Positions 9,433-17,467 of a stretch of DNA of 64,000 nucleotides are shown piece by piece. Position 1 is the first letter of the stretch. Every line of letters begins with the position of its first letter. The position numbers and the translations under genes were made by a program. The DNA is from an uncultured Gammaproteobacteria bacterium. GTDB lineage: Bacteria; Patescibacteriota; Patescibacteriia; UBA9934; GWF2-40-263. A model generated the notes under the pieces. It made no database searches. It was given only the letters and a program-made list of their open reading frames with translations, and was not told the origin of the DNA. The stretch spans positions 11,923 to 75,922 of the forward strand of contig CAZIDX010000006.1 of the NCBI GenBank assembly GCA_964538435.1, given 5' to 3'.

Positions 9433-10188
9433 CTAGAAGAGCTCTTGGATGATGCGTTGCTGGAGCTCGATCTTCTGCTGGCTGATTGAGGAAACCTCGC
9501 TGAGGGCGTTTTGCTCGAGTTGAGTGATGAGGGCTCGAATCTGCTCGCAGAGAACGGCCTGAATAACTTTTTTTGATTTGCAGCCGCTAAGCATGACCGA
9601 CACAATACTGATTCCACCATCCCTTCTGCGCCGGAGCGTCAACTTGCAGGAAGTGCTTACACCGACACCCCAGATCAAGTCTGGAGCGTGTCGAATTCTA
9701 TGATCGTCCTCGATTTCATGACTACTCTCAACATCAACGAACAACGGTTCGATGCGGTGCGGGGACCACACGCTGCGCTGCAGATAGTCAAGAAAAGCAA
9801 AGCGGAGAGCGTTTTGAACAAAACTCCTGAGATCATCTGCAGATGGGTAGTTTGCCGTTATGTTGCGAAGGTGTTCATCCTCGTAGTGGAGATGTCGCCG
9901 AATGAGACTAAGCGGATGACTCAACTTCGGTGCAGGCGTATCTTCATCATAGAAAATACGTGTCTGGCCCTTCTTGGGAATCCTGAGAGTGTATTCCCCG
10001 ACTCCAAGTCCGGGAAGATGCCCGTTGTAAATGGCTTCAATGAGCGCATTCCACTCATCAAGATCCATGGGGTACGAGCATTCGAATCGCTGCTCAAGCT
10101 TCCCCTCCTTCATATAGCCGATCACCTTGAACCAAAATTCGAGCTGATCAACATAGAATGGGAGACCGAATTTCTCGTTAGCAGACAT
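9433..10188 (-). CDS. Hypothetical protein, paralog C of tandem orphan family
   Basis: Closest to paralog A. Confidence 0.85.
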   Translation of the reverse strand: MSANEKFGLPFYVDQLEFWFKVIGYMKEGKLEQRFECSYPMDLDEWNALIEAIYNGHLPGLGVGEYTLRIPKKGQTRIFYDEDTPAPKLSHPLSLIRRHLHYEDEHLRNITANYPSADDLRSFVQNALRFAFLDYLQRSVWSPHRIEPLFVDVESSHEIEDDHRIRHAPDLIWGVGVSTSCKLTLRRRRDGGISIVSVMLSGCKSKKVIQAVLCEQIRALITQLEQNALSEVSSISQQKIELQQRIIQELF

Positions 10189-10205
10189 GAATCACGAAAA
10201 TCCTT

Positions 10206-10275
10206 TATGGCGCTTGGTCGACACCGGGGCCATGTCCGGGTCGATCAATCTATCAATGACCAGTGTAATTGTCAA
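10206..10275 (-). promoter_or_regulatory. Promoter plus 5'-leader pseudoknot, copy C
   Basis: TTGACA-17-TAGATT, then CCGG-A-CAUGGC-C-CCGG, 12 nt, GCCAUA, AAGGA. Confidence 0.72.
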
Positions 10276-10313
10276 TTGAAAAGCCCACCTCCGAGGAGGC
10301 GGGCGCGTTGGCC

Positions 10314-11105
10314 TTAGCGATGCTTGGACTGGCCGCGCAAGACGCTGAGGATCTGGTCGATGAGCCCTTGGTTCTTTTCGATCTCTCCCAACTCGATCTC
10401 GAGCAGGATGGGGAGTTGCTCGGTGACCAGAGTCTCGATCTGGCGCACGAGATGGGAAGCGACCCACTCGCGGTGGATGGACTTGGTCTGGATGGTGACC
10501 TGGATGGCGCTGGAGCCGTCTTCGCGGCGACGCAGAGCGAACAGGTAGGGTGTGGAGCGCAGGCGAAGCATGCCGACGTGGTCACACTCCTTGCTCTTGT
10601 GCAGGATTGTGCCGAAGCGCTCGCCATCGAACTCTGCTTCCACGCTCAGACGCATCCCTTCGTCGATGTTGCCATCACCCACCATGGCGGACTCGATGTG
10701 ATGTGAGACCGCGAGTCTGGCCAGGTGCTCCACGAGATCCATGAGATCCTCATGATCCGGGAAGTGGATCATCATGGAGACGAGCTTGTTGAAGTGCATG
10801 CGCATGAATGCACGGAACTGCATACGAACCTGCTCGCGACGCTCCTCCCCCAGCTCGAGAGGGAGATCCTCGATACTGAGACCACCAGACTCGGAGTAGG
10901 TGAAGTTGTAGAAGCCGCTTGGCAAGGGCTGCTCGGGCGTGTCGAACCTCTCGAACACCACAGTCCAGTCCAGCCCCTCATCGACAGGGGGGTTGGACTC
11001 TGTAGTTACCTTGAGCTCGCCTTCTTCTCCGCGCTGGAGGTTGAGACTGAGCTCGAGGGTGATCTTGCTGATACGGAGCGGGGCTCCGAACTTGACATCG
11101 CTCAT
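10314..11105 (-). CDS. Hypothetical protein, paralog D of tandem orphan family
   Basis: SDVKFGAP, ESNPPVDEGLDW, PSGFYNF, FPDHEDL and LRRREDG shared with the family; GGAGG SD precedes ATG 11105. Confidence 0.8.
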   Translation of the reverse strand: MSDVKFGAPLRISKITLELSLNLQRGEEGELKVTTESNPPVDEGLDWTVVFERFDTPEQPLPSGFYNFTYSESGGLSIEDLPLELGEERREQVRMQFRAFMRMHFNKLVSMMIHFPDHEDLMDLVEHLARLAVSHHIESAMVGDGNIDEGMRLSVEAEFDGERFGTILHKSKECDHVGMLRLRSTPYLFALRRREDGSSAIQVTIQTKSIHREWVASHLVRQIETLVTEQLPILLEIELGEIEKNQGLIDQILSVLRGQSKHR

Positions 11106-11118
11106 CTTGAGCTTCCTC

Positions 11119-11192
11119 CGTGGCACGCATCTTGATTATTCCGGGGCCACATCCGGCTGCAGGAGAATAGCTTGAATTGCACGCTGTGTCAA
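11119..11192 (-). promoter_or_regulatory. Promoter plus 5'-leader pseudoknot, copy D
   Basis: TTGACA-17-TATTCT, then CCGG-A-UGUGGC-C-CCGG, 16 nt, GCCACG, GAGGA. Confidence 0.72.
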
Positions 11193-11283
11193 GGTAACGA
11201 TCTTGACAAAGCCGTGTATTTTTGGCAGATTTGGACCTTAAGCCCCTCTTGGGCTTGAGTTGAACTATAGGGGAGACTGACTG

Positions 11284-12753
11284 ATGGCAGACAAAAAGGA
11301 TCCAAAGGCCAAAACACCACCGGCCTCGATCCAGATGGCCGGTCACCCACCTCGAACACGCGGGTCTGGAGACGGTTCTGCGCCTCCTGAAGACCCTACC
11401 AATGTTCCGGAGTTTGACGACTTCCGCCCTAAGAAGCTGGAAGCTGACCTGAAAGATCAACAGCGCATGGTTGATCGGTGGCTACGCTCCTGCGAGCTCC
11501 CAAATCCTGTCAGTGTGCTTCCACCTGGGAGGAGTGCGGAAGACGTATGTAATGCGCTCGCCTACCTGTGCCCCAACTCCAGTGGACGTCACCAAGGCCT
11601 CGTCACTCGAGTCTTGCTCGGGGAGGCTGTGGATCCGGATGAGCTGGTGCATGCCATGGTCGAACTTGGCAGACAGGCTCGCGTGCGTGCGCTCAGGCTT
11701 CGCTCAGACGGATTCACTCCGGATGAGGATGATGTGGCTGCCATGACTCGCTTTTGGGAGAAGGTTCCGGAGATTTCTCCTCCTGAAGATGGATGGGTTT
11801 TCCGAAACTGGAACCATGCCTTTGATGCAGCCGCTCTTGCATTCCCGTACCTCATTGAGGAATATCGAGACATGCTCGGACAGCTCGCGTACGGACTGTA
11901 CGGTGGGCTGCAGAACCATGACTTCGCGGTCTTTCGAGATTTGGTTGATCAGATTCGCCTGACCAATCGCCTCAAGGAGGAGGACAAAGAGCGCGAAGAA
12001 ATGATCACGCTTACGGACGCTGACGATGCACCTGATGAAGAGGCAGTCGCGGCCACTGTGTCACTGGAGCTCGATGATCATGAGGAGACCACGCTCGAGC
12101 AGATCGATGTGGTGGACCCTGTATTCATCGACGATGACGAAGACCCGTTTGTCCACCCTGGAGACGAAGTCTGGTTCATTGATGATGAAGACGATACTGG
12201 AGATGTTGTCGAGCAGGCAGGTGATCGAGACGTCTCGCATGTCGAGTTCGTGCCTATCGAGGAGCAGGAGGCTCATGAGCCTGACGGACCGCGTTGGCTT
12301 ATTGGGGTGATTCTGCTCGTGGTCATACTCTGTGTGATCGCGCTTGCCTGGTGGAAGATGGGTGGGTTCCTGGACTTCTCCAGGCTCGTGCTCGAACACG
12401 AGAGCTACGACACACATACGCCTGATATGCTGGCTGAGCAGGAAGATGCTCCTGTAACAGAGATCGTGACACCTGAGCCTCAGAAGGTCGCCACGATCCC
12501 TCTTGCTTGCACCAACTATCAGATGCTGCACACACCCAACATGGGTCCGGCACCTGAGGGTTGCTACGTGGTTGGGTGCTCTCAGGGGTATCCTGCGCTG
12601 CGTAGCTATACTCCTGAGACGGGGTGGCTCGCGTGCACCAAGGATCAGGTGATTCCCAAGCGCGGGGATTGCTACTTGGTCGAAAACAAGGACAACTCTG
12701 TGCGATCTGTTGCCTTCCACGATGGCAGCTGGATCGATGAGGATTGCCTCTGA
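11284..12753 (+). CDS. Hypothetical single-pass membrane protein with acidic linker and Cys-rich C-terminal domain
   Basis: 489 aa ORF, GGGAG SD, TM segment WLIGVILLVVILCVIALAWW, six Cys in the C-terminal domain, terminator after the stop. Confidence 0.8.
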   Translation: MADKKDPKAKTPPASIQMAGHPPRTRGSGDGSAPPEDPTNVPEFDDFRPKKLEADLKDQQRMVDRWLRSCELPNPVSVLPPGRSAEDVCNALAYLCPNSSGRHQGLVTRVLLGEAVDPDELVHAMVELGRQARVRALRLRSDGFTPDEDDVAAMTRFWEKVPEISPPEDGWVFRNWNHAFDAAALAFPYLIEEYRDMLGQLAYGLYGGLQNHDFAVFRDLVDQIRLTNRLKEEDKEREEMITLTDADDAPDEEAVAATVSLELDDHEETTLEQIDVVDPVFIDDDEDPFVHPGDEVWFIDDEDDTGDVVEQAGDRDVSHVEFVPIEEQEAHEPDGPRWLIGVILLVVILCVIALAWWKMGGFLDFSRLVLEHESYDTHTPDMLAEQEDAPVTEIVTPEPQKVATIPLACTNYQMLHTPNMGPAPEGCYVVGCSQGYPALRSYTPETGWLACTKDQVIPKRGDCYLVENKDNSVRSVAFHDGSWIDEDCL

Positions 12754-12831
12754 CGGCTCCGAGCCAGACTCGGGGCTTTTCTATTTGATTTTGAAAATAA
12801 TCATTAATGCGTGTTCAGGGGGGTGTTCAGG

Positions 12832-13018
12832 GGGGGCCGGGTCGTTACTTGTAGCATGAAAAAATACCACTAATCACTTGAATTTATTTATGTTGACACC
12901 TCAAATGGAAATAAAAATCTTTCGTTCCGTATCTTGCCACAATCTTTTTTGCCTAAAAACAATGAGTTTTTAATTTTCTAATTTGTTTCTCCATGCTACA
13001 AGTAACGACCCGGCCCCC
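12832..13018. repeat. Perfect 27-bp inverted repeat flanking an AT-rich core
   Basis: GGGGGCCGGGTCGTTACTTGTAGCATG (12832-12858) and its exact reverse complement (12992-13018). Confidence 0.85.
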
Positions 13019-13082
13019 TTCCGGCCCCCTTCTGTTGGAATCTTGAAAAAATATCGAAATCTGTGTATCCTTTTTGCGTTGT

Positions 13083-13159
<77 letters not shown>

Positions 13160-13277
13160 TGCAAATAAGAAACAACCGTTTTGGCGGTTGTTTTTGGTTA
13201 TCCCCTTGACGGGAATCTGTTTTGTGAGCAAAGTCCGTAATTAAGGGAACGGCACCTTTTGGAGAAGGGCGGACCGG

Positions 13278-14444
13278 ATGGCGCAAAAGCCGGTTGTTGT
13301 TTACATCGAAGACACGCATGGCACCATGGGGCTTGGCAACTTCGAGCAAGAGGCACTTCGCGTGTTCCTGGAAAAGGATCGTGAATGCAATGTGCACTGC
13401 TACAGCGGTTTCTGGGGGTTCGAGGATGACCTCGACCAATTCAGGAAGTATGCAAAGCATGGACTCCTGGTCCTCGTGATTGTGGCGCAGGAAAAATACT
13501 CGGATGAGCAACACACAAGAGCACTGGAGACTGTTCGCCAACATCTTGGCAAGCAGATTCCAGTGGTTGTTATTCCTGACGGGTACAGGGATCGCTTCAA
13601 GGGCACGGATGATGCGTTCGTGTACGCACATGATCACACAGACCCTGAGTTCGCCGAGCTCATCGACGCAACCCTCAAGGCCTGGACACCTCCTGTGGAC
13701 TGGTTGGGTGCTGACACACCTGCTGATAGAGCCAGGCTCGGACGTCAGCTGCGTCGATCGTATCGCGCGAACCACCCGGATGATGAGCGTGCGGTCGCTG
13801 TGGGTGATCACAACCACATGACGGTTGCTCAGGCGCTGCGTATCCGTATGCTCCCTTCGGCGTGCCTGAAGTCCGAGTTCGAAGACTCGCTGGAGCGCAA
13901 GACTCGCAGGTTCGATTCTGCGGATTCTGGAGTGTACGAGTGCGAAGTCGAGATCGTTCGCTCTATGACTGACGAGGAGCGCACACGCTTTGATGAATCA
14001 CTCTCAATTGCGCGAGGACACATTTCTCAACGTGGGGGCGGCATCAAAGTTGCAAGCGTGAGCTGTGGCAGTGATGTCAATGGGTATGCGATTGATCCTG
14101 AAACCCTGGAGACACGTGTTACCTATGGTTTTGGTGAACATCACAAGGTCAAGAAGCTCCTGTCGTACCGTGTGCACAGGATCCTGGCGTGGCGCAAGAA
14201 AAAGCACTACTTTGACATGGAGGATGACGAAACCGATGACAGAGTCACTGAGGCGCGGATTCGCGCCCGCTTCCTCAATGGACTCATCTTCACCAAAATC
14301 CGCGGCTTTGAGACACCGATCGTTCAGCTTTGGACCAACTGCGCCAGCACGGAGCAGATCAACCGGGCCATCACGCATATTTTCCGTGAGCGTAAGTTCA
14401 TTCCAGTGGACTGCTACGGAAAACTCTACGAACCCTCTGCCTAA
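13278..14444 (+). CDS. Hypothetical protein, possible degenerate receiver-like N-terminal domain
   Basis: 388 aa ORF; VVVYIED...LVLVIV...IPVVVI beta-strand pattern; C-terminal part unrecognised. Confidence 0.7.
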   Translation: MAQKPVVVYIEDTHGTMGLGNFEQEALRVFLEKDRECNVHCYSGFWGFEDDLDQFRKYAKHGLLVLVIVAQEKYSDEQHTRALETVRQHLGKQIPVVVIPDGYRDRFKGTDDAFVYAHDHTDPEFAELIDATLKAWTPPVDWLGADTPADRARLGRQLRRSYRANHPDDERAVAVGDHNHMTVAQALRIRMLPSACLKSEFEDSLERKTRRFDSADSGVYECEVEIVRSMTDEERTRFDESLSIARGHISQRGGGIKVASVSCGSDVNGYAIDPETLETRVTYGFGEHHKVKKLLSYRVHRILAWRKKKHYFDMEDDETDDRVTEARIRARFLNGLIFTKIRGFETPIVQLWTNCASTEQINRAITHIFRERKFIPVDCYGKLYEPSA

Positions 14445-14460
14445 CGGTGGTGGGTTTTCT

Positions 14461-14502
14461 AATCCCGACGTTTCCTTCCTTCCGGCAGGCAGTCGGGATG
14501 AA
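14461..14502. repeat. REP-like hairpin (ATCCCGAC family) with longer loop
   Basis: AATCCCGAC...GTCGGGATGAAT. Confidence 0.65.
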
Positions 14503-14647
14503 TAGCATGCTTTTTGTAAAACACTCGTATTCAACTCGTGTTTTCTAAACCTTGTAATTTTCCTTTTTGCTAATATTGGCGTTTTTTTCAAACAAAACAC
14601 GACACAAATTCTCACCGGGGTGAGTTTTTGTGTCGTGCTGTTTTGTT

Positions 14648-17077
14648 TTATTCAATTGGTTCTGTGGTCTGTGGATCAGAGAGTAGAGACTCGTCAGTTT
14701 CATCTATGGCCTCTGGGATCTCTTCCTCGAGTTCTCCGCGATACAACCGACTGAGACGACTCTGTACAAGCTCGTTTCCTGGATTAAGCTCGAGCACGGC
14801 TTCTACTTGTCCGATTGCTAGCGCGGTCTCGCCTTGAATCTCGTACACAGTTGTAAGGAACCAGCGTGCGTTTGAGTAGCTTGGCATGAGCGTGACTGAG
14901 CGTTCGAGTACTGACTGAGCACGCTCAACGTCGCCTTCTGCTGCGCGGCGTAGGTAGAGCACGCCGAGCTGGAAGTGTACGCCGACATCGAGTGGATTGT
15001 ATGTGGCTACGCTTTCTAGTTTTCCGATTGCGCTATCGACGAGCCCTTGTTGCTCGTAGGTGATTCCTAGTTGGTAGTGAGCTGGGGCGTAGTTTGATTT
15101 AAGAGCGATAGCTTGGCTAAATGCTGCTTCTGCGTTTTGCAGCGCTAGGAACCACTGCTGCTCGGCTTCCTGGGCGGTTTGCTCGTAATCTGAAACTTTG
15201 AGCGGCTCAACAAGCCCAGCTTGAACGAGATAGGCTTTTCCAAGCTCGGTCCAGTTTGAAGGGTTGGCAGGCTCGAGGCTCACGCTCTGCAGGTAGGCTT
15301 GGATGGCAAAGTCACTGGCGGATGGATCAAGTGCAGTGATCTCTCTGTACACAAGGGCGCGCGTAAGCCAGTTTCGGACATTTTTTGGTGAGAGCTCTGT
15401 TGCGTATGCGGCTGCGTTAATAGATGCCGCAACCAGAGACTGAAGGTATTCTTGAGACTCTGTGGTGAGCGTGTCGATTGATGAAACGTTTTGAAACTGC
15501 TCACCCACACTGAGAAGCAGAGCTGATGAGAGGCTTCTATAGTACGTGTCGTGATATTGATTGAGTGTGGCAGCGCGATCTAGGTGCGTTATCACTTCCT
15601 GAAGGTCTGCACCCTGCTCATCGAGCTCGATTGCCTCGGCGTAAGCCACTTCTGCTGCGTAGCGCTGAGTCGTAACAAAGATTCCAACGAAGAACACAAG
15701 CGCGGCGACAAGAAAGAAAAAGGCGAGTGTCAGGCTGATAAATGGTGATTTTGAAAAGGACCGTTTTGCTGGAGTGCGCATGAGCTGGGATGCCACCAGT
15801 GCTGAGAATAGGCAGAATAATCCGACCAGCGTCATGTTCCAGGAATAGAGGAAGGCGGAGAGCATGAGCACAACCCATGGTGAGGTGTGCACGAAACTTT
15901 CAAGTCTCTCTGATGGTTTTTTGGGTTTTATGACCTGTTTTCCTGCTCGGAGTAGGAGCATGAGAGAGAATGCAGCCAAGAGCATGAGCCCAAGATGCCC
16001 AATGGTTGGCAGTAGAGTGAGCACATGGGAGGAAGCGCGGTCAAAGCGAGCGGACCAGAGGTCAGACTCGTTGATTGATGCTGTATGGAACTGCGTGTAG
16101 TCAAATTGAAAGGTTCCAGGTCCTGTGCCGTACACACTTGAGGTGGACTCAAGAGCTTTTTGTCCGATCTCAAGGCTCGCCTGATTACTGAGACTAATTT
16201 CGTAGGGGAGATTGGCTTCAAACGGTCTTGGGATCCAGAGCCAGAATGGAAGCGAGATGACGAGCAGGATAGCAGGGAGCCAGAATCGGTTTGTGTTCTT
16301 TATTTCTTTGCTTTGGTAAAAGCCAAAGGCCAGGATAAGCACGAGCCCGCAGATGAGGAGCAGCCAAAGCACGCTGTAGTCGATGGCAAGAAGCACGATC
16401 AGTGTGAGCAAGGAAAGCGTAACAGCAAGCACTTGCTCTGCAGAGCCAAGCACTCCTTTGTGAAGCAGGGAATCGTTTTTTTTGTGTGCGATCCAGACTG
16501 CTAGAGAGAAAACACTCATCACGACCAGGAAGATTGCGAATGTGTTTACGGTCCCCACTGTGTTGAATGCCATTATCTGATTCAGCGGCTCTGGGAAGAG
16601 GTTGCTTCCGAACATGGAAAGGGCTCCAAGGAGTGCGACTAGCGTGGATGATACGAGCAGCACGGCGTGCATGATCTTGTGAGCACTGCGCGCATTGAAT
16701 GTATTGGCAACTACGTAGAAAAGCACAGCTCCGGCCGCGATTGTTAGCACGCTTGTGTATTCTTGGTTATTGCTTCCGATCCAGGAGACGTATGGTGCTG
16801 ATGACTTCAGTGCTGGGATCACAAAGGCTGCGAGAAATAACACAGGCAGAAGATTTGACCACCCTCTCTGCAATCTGATTGTCTTTTCTGCCATCATTCC
16901 CCCGAGCCAGCACAGCGCTGCTGCGCAGACTGCAAGCACAAAAAAGGTTTGCTTATTGATCTCGAGTGCATCAAGTGTCCAAGGGAGGAAGATCAGTGGA
17001 AGCAAAAAAGCAATTGCGAAAACGATGATTCTTGAGGCTGAGCGCAGGTGTGCTGCAAGGTGTGTGTGTTTTGACAT
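14648..17077 (-). CDS. O-antigen ligase/oligosaccharyltransferase-like polytopic membrane protein with C-terminal TPR repeats
   Basis: About 12 TM segments, NTVGTVNTFAIFL, YGTGPGTF..D(Y/F) and TPR motifs (AHYQLG, VHFQLG, ARWFL). Start ATG 17077, 9 nt after TATAAT. Confidence 0.8.
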   Translation of the reverse strand: MSKHTHLAAHLRSASRIIVFAIAFLLPLIFLPWTLDALEINKQTFFVLAVCAAALCWLGGMMAEKTIRLQRGWSNLLPVLFLAAFVIPALKSSAPYVSWIGSNNQEYTSVLTIAAGAVLFYVVANTFNARSAHKIMHAVLLVSSTLVALLGALSMFGSNLFPEPLNQIMAFNTVGTVNTFAIFLVVMSVFSLAVWIAHKKNDSLLHKGVLGSAEQVLAVTLSLLTLIVLLAIDYSVLWLLLICGLVLILAFGFYQSKEIKNTNRFWLPAILLVISLPFWLWIPRPFEANLPYEISLSNQASLEIGQKALESTSSVYGTGPGTFQFDYTQFHTASINESDLWSARFDRASSHVLTLLPTIGHLGLMLLAAFSLMLLLRAGKQVIKPKKPSERLESFVHTSPWVVLMLSAFLYSWNMTLVGLFCLFSALVASQLMRTPAKRSFSKSPFISLTLAFFFLVAALVFFVGIFVTTQRYAAEVAYAEAIELDEQGADLQEVITHLDRAATLNQYHDTYYRSLSSALLLSVGEQFQNVSSIDTLTTESQEYLQSLVAASINAAAYATELSPKNVRNWLTRALVYREITALDPSASDFAIQAYLQSVSLEPANPSNWTELGKAYLVQAGLVEPLKVSDYEQTAQEAEQQWFLALQNAEAAFSQAIALKSNYAPAHYQLGITYEQQGLVDSAIGKLESVATYNPLDVGVHFQLGVLYLRRAAEGDVERAQSVLERSVTLMPSYSNARWFLTTVYEIQGETALAIGQVEAVLELNPGNELVQSRLSRLYRGELEEEIPEAIDETDESLLSDPQTTEPIE

Positions 17078-17094
17078 AGCGATCTTATTATAAC

Positions 17095-17450
17095 GCAAAA
17101 ACCGCGAATGTGGGGGATCCGCGGCTTTTGCTATAAAGTTGTGACGGCCCACTCGGAGCCTGTCCGAACCTAAACAGTGGGACTGCTTGGGCTTAGACAT
17201 CTTGTCTGTATGCAGTTTGGGGTCACATCCACTCAATTGTCGGAATTTGCTCCAGACCTATTGAGTAGCTGCGTGCTACAACGAAACAAGCATGGCGTCT
17301 CGTTCGGGCCAAATCTACCATCCAGTGCGGGAATGGAAGGAAAGGCCCGTCAATGTCACTTGGCAAACTCTCAAAGAACGTTTCAGCTCGATGGTAACCT
17401 TAACCAGGCCGGAGGAGATAACCAATATCTCCGGTTGTTCTATCGCGCTG
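17095..17450 (-). ncRNA. Candidate structured non-coding RNA ending in an intrinsic terminator
   Basis: At least six consecutive hairpins; G-U pairs favour the minus strand; terminator AAAAGCCGCGGA...TTCGCGGTTTT; no convincing ORF. Confidence 0.5.
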
Positions 17451-17467
17451 ATTGATTCGATACACAC

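Noticed and set aside
8288-11156. Leader motif as a fluoride or guanidine-III riboswitch
   Set aside because: It shares the 4-bp stem/8-nt loop pseudoknot layout (fluoride) and the CCGG stem (guanidine-III), but lacks the fluoride P2 and UGAUG/UAAUG junction and the guanidine-III CGAGG loop. The downstream genes are not crcB/SMR-type.
8280-11200. CRISPR array or integron attC sites
   Set aside because: The repeats are ~1 kb apart, lie in 5' leaders behind promoters and lack GTTRRRY/RYYYAAC ends. There are no cas or intI genes.
17095-17460. RNase P RNA, tmRNA, or the 92-aa plus-strand ORF 17177..17455
   Set aside because: No GAGGAAAGUC/ACAGAA..GGCUUA pair in the right order and no tRNA-like acceptor/T-arm ends. 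The ORF has a GTG start, no evident SD and no recognisable features.
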